The notes under the pieces: model-generated
The model's database searches: none
What the model was told of the DNA's origin: nothing
Seen by the model: only the letters and a program-made list of their open reading frames with translations
Source: Lingula anatina
Lineage: Eukaryota; Animalia; Brachiopoda
Assembly (NCBI GenBank): GCA_051362555.1
Contig: CM120640.1
Span: 37,715,967-37,779,966, forward strand
Direction: 5' to 3'
DNA: 64,000 bases
Translations under genes and position numbers: made by a program
Shown: positions 1 through 14,600 of the stretch, in pieces
Layout: each line of letters opens with the position of its first letter
How positions within the stretch are numbered: the first letter of the stretch is position 1

Positions 1-1706
1 TTTGTTGCCATTGTTGAACTGCGTCAAACAGCTCAAGAAACGCACGCGGTGATGGCGGCAATGGTTCTGATGTCATCCAGTCATGAAACTGGAATTGGCA
101 GACAGTTCTTGGAGGGCCGGAGTGCTAAATGGTTCAAAGAAATGATAAACCAGACTGTCGTTGTAACTAAATATTTTGTCCTATTTAATTGTCGTTTTTT
201 ATATAATATAATACAACCTTACGATATATTATTATTGGTCGATTCACAATCCGACCTGGGTGTTAATGGTTTCTCTCTCAATCGAACACTGGTCCTTAAG
301 AGAGAAATCGACAATCAGCGCAAAATTCCTACCAATGTAAATCATAACTGTAATGGTATCTGTTTCACGAAAAATATACTTACTCGCTTTGAACTAACCA
401 GCTTCAACTCCCTTACGGTAATAGATTCCCCAATCTGACGCATAGAAATCACTTCGACAGTGAAATGACCATAAGTAGTCGGCTCCTCTACTGGCCAGTA
501 CACAGCACTTGTCTGAAAAAAAAAAGCCAACTTAGCTACTAAATATGTTATCAGGAAATGGGGGACAAATATAAAATGTATAATAAAGAAACTTGCTTTA
601 AAAGAACCAACCGCGTATGATGTGGTTATTAACATTCTAAAATTGGCTTTAGCAACCAACATCTGTGAGTAGTGCAAAAGTAGGTCCAACTAAACCCATT
701 CGATATAATTGTATTTTCTACCTTGCTATCTTCGTTCGTTTCATTCAGCATAACTATAGTCGCACAATGCTGGTCAAACAACATACTCCAGAAGTCAACC
801 ACCGTATGAGGCAGAGGCATCTGCGTCACGATATAGGCATCTTGGCGTTGGTAACCCTAAAACAGTAAGATTTCTGATAAAGGGTTCGTGATTGATTTAC
901 AGAATTTGGTTTTTATAATATGTCAATAATATATCACAGAATTCTTTTCCCTGAAGATTTTGCAGAATGTTAAGATATGTCTATTATTCAGGTAAAATCA
1001 AACTTGAAAAAATAAAAAAAAACAATACTCACAAATGCATCATCCACTCTGTTTGTATAGTGTTGTATTGTATTGTATTGTCATTTATGAACAGAGCAGA
1101 TGAAATATATTTTAGTAAAATTATACCTGCACAGTTAGATTTATCGTTGTCTAAATAAAATTTTGATGATACTTCATGATTAATATACTTTAACCGTACA
1201 TCTATGAACACGGCATTAATGTAATCAGTGCTGTCCTTCACGTATGACACAAGGTATGGTCTGCAGTGGTTACCTTAAAAAATAGTCCAAATTCTCTCAT
1301 AATCCAAAGTCTTTATAAATACAACAAGATCTAAGATTTTTTCTTTTGATTCTTAAAAAGTAGGAGTGAACAAAAAGTACATATATCTGCAAGTGTATGT
1401 AGATGTATACTAGTACATTTGTACGAGCAATGAAAGGGGTAAAAGACACGGGCCGATAAACTTAAAGTAATAATAAAGTAACAATAAAGAAATGTAGAAC
1501 ATGAAAGTAAAACTGAAGAGGGCTGTTTAAATGATACCTGCTACAATATTCCTCACTCTATTCTTATCAATGTTGATAGGTTCTAAGGCCGTCTTGATGG
1601 AGCTTTCGTCTATTTCAGGCAACATAAGGTTCAGTATCTGCTCGGCAGGCAGAAAAAGATAATCATGTACCGGCATAAAACAACAACTACGACGACAACA
1701 ACAACA

Positions 1707-1751
<45 letters not shown>

Positions 1752-4378
1752 GTATATGGTTAAATATTCAAAGCTACCCACACCATCCATCCATCAGCTG
1801 GCACCATGCATGACCAGAGTTTCTCACATTAATCTAAACTTAACCCAAGGCTTGGGAAAATGATAATCAATAACGGCCTACCACAAACTCTTCTTCCATT
1901 TTGGTCAGTCCCGACTTGTTTCTTCGTCTCAGTTTCTGCAGACGAGTGGCAAAGTCTTGCACTGGTATAGAGGTTAAACCACAGTGCAGTTCTTCTAACA
2001 TCACATCATGGATGAAGTAATATTGCTCCTGTAACAAACATTTCTTTTAAATAAAATAAAATATGAGCAGTGGAGATCGACCAAATCAAATTAAAGTAAT
2101 TAATGCACCCCTCTATATTCCATACATTGAACCAACTAAATGGATTATCGCAGGTCATTTCACGTGGCTGACAAAGTAAATCATTGTGAAACTCATGTTC
2201 CGGGTTTTGAGATTTTTTTTACTGAGCACACTTCCGTATATCAATAATACCCTGTATAGTATAGACGCATCAAACAACAATTTTCACGATTTAACATATG
2301 AAGCGCATACCACTGTCTGCACCATCTTTGGTCGCGATGCTCGCATTTCTTGGATGAGTCGATATATGTCGATCTTTCCTTCAGCAAGTACTTGTTCGAA
2401 CAGGTAGTCCAGTGCAATGAAAGTTCCGGTCCTACCAACCCCAGCGCTTAAAAGTTACGGATATATATATTTCGATCAGTCGTCAGCTTTTGATTTGTGA
2501 TTTATTATAACATGTTAATCAGGGTTACTGGGTAACCAGATTTCCAGTATTGTCTTATTTGTCTTGAAGGACACACTAGTATATAAAAACTTGAAGAATG
2601 TTGTAGAAATACACCAAATACATAGTGAAGATTCCTGTTGATTGATATACATATATGCTAAAGAAAAAACGTCAAAACCATGTATTACCTGCAATGTATA
2701 ATGATAGGTCCTTGGTCTTGAACCTGACTTTGATACTTCTTAACTTCCTCTCGGAATTTTACCAAAGCCGTTGGGTCAACAGGCACACCATGATCAGGCC
2801 AACCGGTGAAGTGGAACTGTTTTACAGTACGGACTGCTGGCTCTCCAACCTTTGAGAAAACACAGAGGCTTGAAAAGATTTACGTGAAAATCTAACGAGT
2901 CACAGATTTACTTTTGTAATATGAAAATAGTTTCATTGGATCTTAGTTTTGATAGTCAGAAAGGTTTCATTTATGTTAGATCCTGAAATTTTGATTTACC
3001 TGTTGACTGTTTCGTCTCTTCACTCGAGTTGTGACCAAGTCTGTCAGAGTGAACAGACGAAACAGTCAACAGGTAAATCAAAATTTCAGGATCTAGCATA
3101 AATGAAACCTTCCTGACTATTTTTTGTAACAGTTCAAATGGAACTTGTCAAAATGCACTCTTTGATTGGTTTATTATGGATCGTGCCAATATTCAGTAAG
3201 ACTGGGTTCCCATACTTAGATCGATTCATCTGGATCTACCTAACTCACTGGGGGTTCACACTAAATTGCTATCAGTTCAAGATGCTTAAATGTCTATCTC
3301 GCCTCCCGAATCAGCTAATGGTAAAGAAAATTACCCCCAAACAGCTTTACTAGGCGTGACAGACATTTAAGTCGGTTACGTTGCTGGCAATTTAGTGAGA
3401 CCCCCAGGGAGATAGATCGATCCAAATATCTGTGGGAATGGTTCCTAACTCTGCTTACCTTACAGTACTTCAGAATTCGGACAAAATAGTCCTGTCCTTG
3501 AGTTTCATCCAGTGTAGTCACTTCTATTTCACCGAACTGTTTAACTCCCTCGTCTGCCCAGTATTGCTCACATTTTTGCTATAGTGAAAACGGGATAATT
3601 TTTTAATTAGATTACATGTCTTGCACCAGATACTGTATGAGAGGGTAAAATTCATGGAGAATGCTCGTATTAATTTTAATCGCGCAATGTAATTCGTTCA
3701 ACTTAATTTCAACTTCATCTTTAATTTCTTTTTAAAACTTAATCTTAACTCTATTTGTGTTTCCTCATTAACTCAAACGAAAGCATAAGTAAATAATAAA
3801 TACAAGTTAGTATGCTGTTCGAAATTTGGAAATTTGGCCGGTGACGACCGTTTTTATTGAAAAGTCCCTCTAGTGAAAGAAATGGAGTAAGGTTATCATG
3901 TATCATTAAATAATGATGAGTATTAAAAGTACGTAATCTTACAGCATGAATAATAAACTAACCACCTATTTTTATTATATGGAACACGCGCGTTTTGTCG
4001 GATGATACTGTAGTTATTACCTTGCCCATTTCCACAGTTTTTGTCACCATTACAATTTGTGGTGAGTTCACTTGCCATATCATCCTCCAAAAGTCCTTCA
4101 CGGTATTCGGTTTCGGACCTACACCGGAAGAAAAGTGTACAATACATTGTAGCTTCTTATGTAACAAAGAAGTCATTCAGCATGTTTTAAACTAATATTG
4201 ACAAATATGAAAATTGATAAAATGAAAGTGTGTGTGTGCGGATATGTGTGTACGCGCACGTGTGTGTTTGTGATTAATCAATTAAAATATCGCATTTACC
4301 TTGAGAAGCGATAAATGCACGTGGTCTCTTATATCCCTGAAATTAGAAAGTGCAGATCTGACTTTTGTTTCAGTTGTT

Positions 4379-4456
<78 letters not shown>

Positions 4457-7400
4457 TGACTACAGACAATTAAGGAATAATAAATTAAATTAATTATTGA
4501 ATTACATGAACGATTAAGGCATTTTGTTTAGGGTCATGTGTCATCTGTGTATTTTTAAGTAGCTTGAGCACATTATCACGCGTGAAAAAGTAATATAACT
4601 AGAGGATCAGAGAGGCGATACCGCCTCCGAATATTGTACCACCAGCTGGAGCAAGCGCATTCGTATAGACCCCCACATACACAAAATAAGGGACACAGTC
4701 ACCAGTTTTGTGCTTGACAAGCTGTAAAAATGCAATCAACAAGAATTTTTAAACTATTGCAAAAAATATATATGGTACAATCAAATTTAAGTTCTTCGTA
4801 AGATAGGTCAAGGATCAATTTCAAGGTCACAGTAAATTGCCAGTATATGACTTCCTATTCAAGTTCAAGAGTAACTATGGACCTATCTCTGTCAAGTTTG
4901 AAGTTAAAAGAGAAAGAAATTAGCAGAGTTCACTTCATGATAAAAAGTAGGTCAAAGGTCAATTTCAAGGTCACACTTAGATTGCCAGTATAGGACTTCC
5001 TATTCAAGTTCAATAGTAACTATGGACCTATCTCTGCCAGTTTTGGAGATAAAAGGGAAGCAAAATTTGCAAAATTCAGTTCATGGTGAAAAGTGGTCAA
5101 AGGTCAATTTCAAGGTCACATTTAGATTGCCAGTATATGACTTTTTTATCAAGTTCAATAGTAACTATGGACCTATCTCTGCCAGTTTTGGAGATAAAAG
5201 GAAAGCAAAATTTGCAAAGTTCAGTTCATGGTGAAAAGTAGGTCAAAGGTCAATTTTAAGGTCACATTTAGATTGCCAGTATATGACTTCCTATTCAAGT
5301 TCAATAGTAACTATGGACCTATCTCTGCCAGTTTTGGAGATAAAAGGGAAGCAAAATTTGCAAAGTTCAGTTCATGGTGAAAAGTAGGTCAAAGGTCAAT
5401 TTTAAGGTCACATTTAGATTGCCAGTATATGACTTCCTATTCAAGTTCAATAGAAACTATGGACTTATCTCTGCCAGTTTTGGAGATAAAAGGGAACCAA
5501 AATTTGCAAAGTTCAGTTTATGGTGAAAAGTAGGTCAAAGGTCAATTTTAAGGTCACATTTAGATTGCCAGTATATTACTTCCTATTCAACTTCAATAGT
5601 AACTATGAACCTATCTCTGCTACTTTTGGAGATAAAAGGGAAGCAAAATTTGCAAAGTTCAGTTCATGGTGAAAAGTAGGTCAAAGGTCAATTTCAAGGT
5701 CACATTTAGATTGCCAGTATATGACTTCATATTCAAGTTCAATAGAAACTATGGACCTATCTCTGCCAGTTTTGGAGATAAAAGGGAGGCAAAATTTGCA
5801 AAGTTCAGTTCATGGTGAAAAGTAGGTCAAAGGTCAATTTCAAGGTCACAGTAAGATTGCCAGTACATGACTTCCTATTCAACTTCAATAGTAACTATGG
5901 ACTTATCTCTGCCAGTTTTGGAGATATAAGGGACTAAATGTTATGATTTTGGAGTTACCATAATGTGCCATAAATTTCCTACGGAAAAAATTAATCAAAA
6001 TAAGGAAAAGGTCATTTTGGTCAAAACTCTTGAAATGGGAGGTGCTCTGAAGTTCCAGATGTTCAAATTTGATGAAATAATGTCATTTTCGACCACAAGT
6101 TGCCTGCTTTGCCAAGCCTTATGTTTTATTTTTTCCGGAGTTCAAAATTTATTATCCATTACCGTACTGCACATTTTGCTTTAACCACCAAAATGTACTT
6201 TTTGATACAGCGTAACTTTGGAGATAAAAGGGAAGCAAAATTTGCAAAGTTCAGTTCATGATGAAAAGTAGGTCAAAGGTCAATTTCAAGGTCACAGTAA
6301 GATTGCCAGTATATGACTTCCTATTCAAGTTCAATAGTAACTATGGACCTATCTCTGCCAGTTTTGGAGATAAAAAGGAACCAAAATTTGCAAAGTTCAA
6401 TTCATGATAAAAAGTAGGTCAAAGGTCAATTTCAAGGTCACATTTAGATTGCCAATATATGACTTCCTATTCAACTTCAATAGTAACTATGGACCTATCT
6501 CTGCCAGGTTTGGAGTTAAAAGAGAAAGAAATTAGCAGAGTTCAGTTCATGGTGAAAAGTAGGTCAAAGGTCAATTTTAAGGTCACATTTAGATTGCCAG
6601 TATATGACTTCCTATTCAACTTCAATAGTAACTATGGACCTATCTCTGCTAGTTTTGGAGATAAAAGGGAAGCAAACTTTCCAAAGTTCAGTTCATGGTG
6701 AAAAGTAGGTCAAATGTCAATTTCAAGGTCACGTTTAGATTGCCAGTATATGACTTCATATTCAAGTTCAATAGAAACTATGGACCTATCTCTGCCAGTT
6801 TTGGAGATAAAAGGGAGGCAAAATTTGCAAAGTTCAGTTCATGATGAAAAGTAGGTCAAAGGTCAATTTTAAGGTCACATTTAGATTGCCAGTATATGAC
6901 TTCCTATTCAACTTCAATAGTAACTATGGACCTATCTCTGCCAGTTTTGGAGATAAAAGGGAAGCAAAATTTGCAAAGTTCAATTTATGGTGAAAAGTAG
7001 GTCAAAGGTCAATTTCAAGGTCACAGTAAGATTGCCAGTATATGACTTCCTATTCAACTTCAATAGTAACTATGGACCTATCTCTGCCAGTTTTGGAGAT
7101 ATAAGGGACTAAATGTTATAATTTCGGGGTTACCTTAATGTGCCATAAATTTCCTACAGAAAAAATTAATTAAAATAAAGAAAAGGTCATTTTGGTCAAA
7201 AATTCTTGAAATGGGAGGTGCTCTGAAGTTCCAGAAGTTCAAATTTGATGAATTAATGTCATTTTTGACCACAAGTTGTCTGCTTTGCCAAGCCTTATGT
7301 TTTATTTTTCCAGAGTTCAAAATTTATTATCCATTACCGTACTGCACATTTTGCTTTCACCACCAATATGTACTTTTTGATACAGCGTAACTCGAAAACC

Positions 7401-10400
7401 GTATGGAATACAAAAAAACGGAGACCACTTCCAGTGTTGGGCTTTACATGCTCTACAAAATGCAAAAAAGAATGGGTCTCTAGCATTATCGGTTCCCGAA
7501 TTAGAGACAGTTTTCAGTTTCGGTATCTTATGGCCGCTACACCCGTGAAAATGCACCGATTGACCCCAAATTCACACAGATGAAAGATGACCTGAAGGGT
7601 AACATTTTCCAATAATATTATTGGTTAAGTCTGTGTGGTGTCTGAATAACAGCGCAAATAAATTTTTTTTCGTAAAAAAATTCATTTTTTTGAAAATTTT
7701 TGCCCGTTTGACCTTGAAATAAAGGTCAAAGGTCAAATCCAAGGGCATATTTGAAATCTACACATATGACTTTTGGAAAGCCGTCTGTAGAAATTTTTCC
7801 CATAATTCCTTCCGTAGGGTAGATAATTAGCATTTAATTTTGCCATTTTTGGACAAGGGTGCATTGCAATGAGTGCCACACCTAGACCCCAATACCGACA
7901 AAGCCCAAATTTTACGTGGAACGAGTTGAGATTATAGGTGACCTAAATCCAAGAGATGGGTATGGGGGCCCTTACCGTCTAGGAGGAGAAGCTGTAACGG
8001 TAACATGGCCACGGAGCCGGCGGAGCCGGCGGAACGGACCGGACGGGACTAAAACCATGTGTACCGCCAGCGCTAACGCTGGTGGTACAATTAACATACA
8101 GTGTGTTATAGTAAACTTACATCAATATAGTTTGCGTTGACGTAGTCAGAGTTTGGATCACCTTGCAAAAGATCCAGTACAACTCGGCTATGGTCGTCTG
8201 ATGAAAAATTAGAAATCGTTATAAAATCATATCATTATAATCCCAGTTTTAGCTAAATACAAACGTGCTTAGAGGGATAACCGCTGTTCATTTTGGGCAG
8301 AAAAATGGATTTTCCTAGGGTAAACGACAATTTCCTTAAGTTATGAAGCTATCTATAGTTAAAACAAATTATTTGATGGCTTACATGGCATAATGTTCTG
8401 GAACCTGTTCTTTAGTTTGTTCTCTCGCTTTTGGCCGGCTTCACAAGGACAAATAAATATGGTGGGGAATTTCTGAAAAAAAGGTTATAAACTACAATTA
8501 AGAGAATTAATTGTATTTATGTAGCAAATGGTTTGTTTTAGTGGTGCTATTAACTTTTTGGTAATACATCAACGTTTTGTTTGGGTCTTGTGTCTGCACG
8601 TTTTGACCTTAAGTAGTTGACCAAGACAAGGTGTTAACAGATGTCCAGGGTTAAGGAATGTCTTAGCTGCTGTGTATCAAGGCACACACAAGTATATTCT
8701 ATGAAAGATGTTTTGGAGATTAATTCCATCGAGCTGCATTCAGTGAGAAGTCATTCAGCTTTGTAGCTGCGGATATATTTACCCGCAGTTTTAGCAGCTA
8801 CACTGTATTATTACTTACGTTTCTTTATTGTTATTTGTACACTGGTTACCAGTCATCACTTTTGTGGTTTCAAGATTTGGGGACGACTATTTGTTACTTG
8901 GTGACTATTTTCTTCGGATTATTCAGTTTTCCCCAGCCACCAGTTTTGGTATTCAAGATTCAGCGACGGCTGTTGACGGTTATTTGTTACTTGGTGACTT
9001 TATTTTATTTGGACAATATTCACTTTTCTCCAGTCACCAGTATTTGATATTTAAGTTTCGTTTTACGGGATGACTTCAAGTTTTGGATCACACACAGGCT
9101 AGTATTTGTTTTCATTTCCCCCCCCCCCTTTTTTCACGTGTTCTTATCAATACATTTATAATTGTTGTGTTATGCAACTACAGTTGTTACCTATTTTGTT
9201 TAGGTGTCACTCATCATGTTATTTTTGATTTTTTTTTTCTTTTGTGTGCATCTATTTTATTTATGTTTATATTCCTATCGGGCCAGGTGTTTTTGCAGTT
9301 TTCATATTTCCTATTTCCTGGCTGTCATTGACATGCCGTAATCTATTCATATCCTATTTCCGATTGTCTCCGTGTCCGCATTACCAGGTGGAGTATTATT
9401 AGGGGTTTCTGGTCGACTAGGCGATATGCATTTTTGGAGTTTTTATGCTCTTTGTTCTGGGTGTACTTCCCAGGTTTTTAACTGTTTGCCTAGTAGTGAG
9501 AACCCTGTAGTGGTATCTGGTATACTAGGTTCTGGGTGTATTTCCCAGGTTTTTTTAACTGTTTGCCTAGTAGTGAGAGCCCTTTGTGGTATCTGGTATA
9601 CTAGGTTCTGGGTGTATTCTCAGGTTTTTAACTGTTTGCCTAGTAGTGAGAGCCCTTTGGTGGTATCTGGTATACTAGGTTCTGGGTGTATTTCCCAGGT
9701 TTTTAACTGTTTGCCTAGTAGTGAGAGCCCTTTGGTGGTATCTGGTATACTAGGTTCTGGGTGTATTCCCAGGTTTTTAACTGTTTGCCTAGTAGTGAGA
9801 GCCCTTTGGTGGTATCTGGTATACTAGGTTTTAATTTTTTGGGAGCTGTTATGCCCCTATTCTGGGGAGTCACCCAGCTATATGTTCGTTGCCTAGTCGG
9901 TTTTCCAGATATCCCTGTTTTTACGTGCACGGCTAAGCTGAGGCTGTTGCCTGCATGGATTTTCTCTGGCGGCGGACTAGGAGATGTTTAATTTTTTGCA
10001 CTTATTATATCTATATGGCTCATGCCATATCTACCCAGGCTATTCGTTGGGTTTATGCCGGGTTTATATGTTCTCTGTACAAGTGTATATTTTATTCATA
10101 TTACTTATTCCGTTTACTTACTTGAATTACCTGGCCCGGGGAATTTTTATTACTGAATTGTCTTATATATAAATGCAACTGCCTTCGGTCTTCTTAGTTT
10201 CCTTTGTTTTTATGTTACCATGCCTTCCAAGACCCCTCCCGGGTGGAGTACCGTAAGCGGTCCAGGATGTCGGTTGTCTCCAATGCGCGCTCATTATCCA
10301 GCAAACGACGATTGGCTCCTGCATCCACTGCTCCTGGTGGAAAGAAGCCGAGTCACACCGGCACAGTAATGCCGTGCGCTTCTCCTTCTCCCGACTCCTC

Positions 10401-11561
10401 CCTGCAAGAGACTAACGTTCAGCAGCAGATACCCTGTACCCAGTATCAGCAGACTCTCGACACTGTAAACACACGGGTCCAGCCGATGAAATTGGAAGTG
10501 ATCCACTTGCCCTCGTAAAAATCGCTGATTTCCCTTTACCTTTGGACTGAAGTTTTTTTTTTTTTTTTTTTTTTTGTTTTTGTTTTCAGCGATTTTCTAA
10601 CAAAAATTTTATATGATTCTGTAAACTTACTTACGTACGGCTTATCTATTAGAACATTAAGAAGCTCCTTATGCTAATGATTGGCGTCTTTATGATGACG
10701 CCTTTTGCAACTTACGACCAACACTACTGGTCCCGTGGGATAAGTTATCCCCGTGTTACCGTTAAAAGTGGCAACCATGAATACCCCCCCCTTTTTTACG
10801 TCCCTTTTGTCTAGGCATCTTTTTTTTTTTTTTTTGCTTTTTATAAAAGGGAGTAATGCACCTTTAGTCTATGCTAATTTAGCACTGTTGCCAGTACTGG
10901 GATCCCATCCTAAAATCGATTGCCCCACATCCCACGCCCAGTTACAGACCCCGCCTACAACATTGTCTAACAACTCCAATTACCCATTCCCTGTTACAAT
11001 TGGTACTTAAGGTTAGGATCCTCATCAGGTGATTTTCTCATCAATATATTTCCAAGGGTTCCTGCCTTCATTGCACCACCACTCCTAGCATTCACGCATT
11101 TCATAATCATTTATCAGCCCGTACTCATCCTGAAGCGATTTTGGATTATATTAATCAGGTTTATCCTCTGGGCGGATTGCTGGCCAAATTTTATCTCCCT
11201 CTTCCATATTTTAAATGTTCACCATTACCCATTATTATTAAATCTGAACCTTATAAATTCCGTGTTATTCGCGACCTTTCTTATCCCCACCTGGACTCGG
11301 TTAATTCTAATATACCCAGAGTATTTTCTGTACAACTCAATATATTATACGATTATCGCCCATGTCCAACATTTCGGCCCTGGTGCTCTTTTAGCTAGGT
11401 CTGACATTCTAGATGTTTTCCGCATTTCATCTCTTAGCCTTTTGGTTTATCATCTTCTTTGTTTCTCTTGGAATGAATTGTTTATTTTGAAACATGTCTG
11501 CCAATGGGTGCAAGTCGTTCGTGCCAAATATTTAATCACTGAGCACAGCTCTAAAATGGAT

Positions 11562-11603
<42 letters not shown>

Positions 11604-14600
11604 ACATGCCTCGGCCATATCCTATATATTGGATGATTTTTCTTTCATTGGACCCCCATTGCCAATAACTGTCAAGTTAATTTACAAAATTTTCTTGCAT
11701 TATGCAAACGGAGTAAGGTTCCCATTAATGGCTAAAAAAAAAAAAAAAAAAAAAAAAACTTTATTCCGACCACTTGTTCAACTAATTGCGGCGTTGAAAT
11801 AGATTCGCTAGTAGGTCGTGTGCCACAGGACAAATTGGAAAAGTGTTATGTTTTAGTTTCCTAGCTTTCTCAAAGGAGAATAGGTACAATTGAAAGAGTT
11901 ACATCTCTTATGGGTTTTAAACTTTGCATGCTTAGGCGTAGTGCCGGGCAGGGCTTTCTTACGCCGCTAAATTCATTTAACTGTTGGTGTTAGGCGCCCC
12001 CGTCATTATATTCGACTCAATAGTGAAGCAAGAGCGGACCTAGGCATGTGGCTTCATTTTTCACATTACTTAATGGAAAATCGGTCCTGCTGCCTTCATC
12101 ATGACAATCGTCAGATACCTTACACTTGTTTACAAATGCCTCGGGGTCAATAGGTTATGCGGCGGTCTTTGGCTGTCAGTGATTCTTTATGAATGGGTTG
12201 CGGTTGTTGCACTTTGGCATATCACAGTTAAAGAACCGTTTCCTATAGTTCTTGTTTTGAATTTTTCGTTATCTCAGCTGTTTGAGTCCGACAGGTACAT
12301 CTCGCCCTCTCCTTTGCCAAGTGCAAGCCTTCTTCTATTATCGACGAACTTTTACGCATATGTTAGGTCCTTTATTTCAGTTTATTGATGGAACACCGGT
12401 CACTTATTCTTATGTTTCTTCGTAATTATCCAAAGCCCTTGCTTTTTCAGGATAGTTATATAGCGGTATTGTTTTTATAATTATGTGTGTTTCATGTTTC
12501 AAAAAAAAAAAAAAAAATACAGGGTGGGATCACCATTTTACTGCCTTATTTGGCTCCCTTAATTTTATTCATGGTTGCCAGTTTCTCTTTCTATCCCTCA
12601 TTCACCTGTAGCTAGTTCTTCATGGGATATATATATATATATATATTTTTAGTAGCACACAGGATTCAGATATAATGTCAGATGTTGTTTATCATTCCAT
12701 TTTTTTTTCACAAGCACTCCTCGGTTGGCGGGGATGTGAGCTTCTCTCACATCATATGGCCTTTTATTTTCATTTGCGCCAACTTTTTGCTCCTATAGCT
12801 GTTGTGATTTCTCATATTTTTCATAATTAATCCTGGTTACATTTCATTAACATACTTTATTATTTTTATATTTAGCACTTATATAGTTTGGGGGATGTTT
12901 ATTATCTCCCCAGTTTTGTAACTTTGTATCTTATTAGTTTTCGTCATTAATAAATGACAATTTCAGTCATATGGACTTATCCTACTTAATTTGGAGCAAT
13001 AACAGAGCTTCGTTGTGCTTGTGAACATTTGGCTACATAAAACTACAATTAAGAGAATTAATTGTATTTATGTAGCAAATGGTTTGTTTTAGTGGTGCTA
13101 TTAACTTTTTGGTAATACATCAACGTTTTGTTTGGGTCTTGTGTCTGCACGTTTTGACCTTAAGTAGTTGACCAAGACAAGGTGTTAACAGATGTCCAGG
13201 GTTAAGGAATGTCTTAGCTGCTGTGTATCAAGGCACACACAAGTATATTCTATGAAAGATGTTTTGGAGATTAATTCCATCGAGCTGCATTCAGTGAGAA
13301 GTCATTCAGCTTTGTAGCTGCGGATATATTTACCCGCAGTTTTAGCAGCTACACTGTATTATTACTTACGTTTCTTTATTGTTATTTGTACACCCTCCAC
13401 CCTCCCCTACCACCTGCCTTCATCCTTGTGGTGTTTTTAACACTTAGACTTATTTACTTTCAAGCGGCACCTGTGTGACATAATTAAGGGGGGCACCTAT
13501 TTGGACAGTGCCACTTTGCCTCTGGTAGGCCTGCTAATCAGAGGCATATGAGTTCAGTTATTCAGGAGACAGTTAATGCTCTCCCTCACTTTTCTCGTAA
13601 AATTCACAACATTAAGAAGTGCATTATTCAGGAGTAAAAATTTTAGGTGATGTTTGGTAAACTTATTCAAACCCCCCCCCCCCCATATTTTTTTTTCTCT
13701 TTCCATGACTAATGAAGCAGATTTGAGCATTGGCTCAATGTAACATGGTTGTATTTATGCTTGTTAGCTATAACTCATTTGGCACATTAATTAGTCATTT
13801 CAGATTATCTGGTTATCATTTGTTTATTGATATATATCATACATGTGAGATTATTACTTTAAAACTATAGTTAGGTAAATGTACTATGCAGGGCATATGA
13901 GGCAGTACGTAGGCCAAGAGAGACAACTCTATGATTGGGCTGTCAGAGCAATGAGGAAACCTACGTCCCCGTCCTAAAAAGGTAGGGGTTGCGTAGCTCG
14001 CTCTCAGCCTAGGCCGGCTTTAGAATGTGCCTTTTGCCTTTTCTTTTCATTTGCGCCAACCATTTGCGCCAACTTTTTGCTCCTATAGCTGTTGTGATTC
14101 CTCATATTTTTCATAAGCCTTTTATTTTCATTTGCGCCAACTTTTTGCTCCTATAGCTGTTGTGATTTCTCATATTTTTCATAAGCCTTTTATTTTCATT
14201 TGCGCCAACTTTTTGCTCCTATAGCTGTTGTGATTTCTCATATTTTTCATAATTAATCCTGGTTACATTTCATTAACATACTTTATTATTTTTATATTTA
14301 GCACTTATATAGTTTGGGGGATGTTTATTATCTCCCCAGTTTTGTAACTTTGTATCTTATTAGTTTTCGGCCTTTTATTTTCATTTGCGCCAACTTTTTG
14401 CTCCTATAGCTGTTGTGATTTCTCATATTTTTCATAATTAATCCTGGTTACATTTCATTAACATACTTTATTATTTTTATATTTAGCACTTATATAGTTT
14501 GGGGGATGTTTATTATCTCCCCAGTTTTGTAACTTTGTATCTTATTAGTTTTCGTCATTAATAAATGACAATTTCAGTCATATGGACTTATCCTACTTAA

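Noticed and set aside
49-438. Plus-strand ORFs such as 49-438, 38247-38660 and 51657-52034
   Set aside because: Antisense shadows of minus-strand RPTP exons.
1527-1790. Poly-Tyr/Cys ORF
   Set aside because: Translation of a (TAA)n microsatellite running into a real PTP exon.
4800-7110. Regular repeats suggesting a CRISPR array
   Set aside because: Contiguous 146-bp monomers with no unique spacers, no cas genes, and a eukaryotic intron context.
9372-9991. 151-aa repetitive ORF and its neighbours
   Set aside because: Product of the 75-bp minisatellite inside the retroelement.
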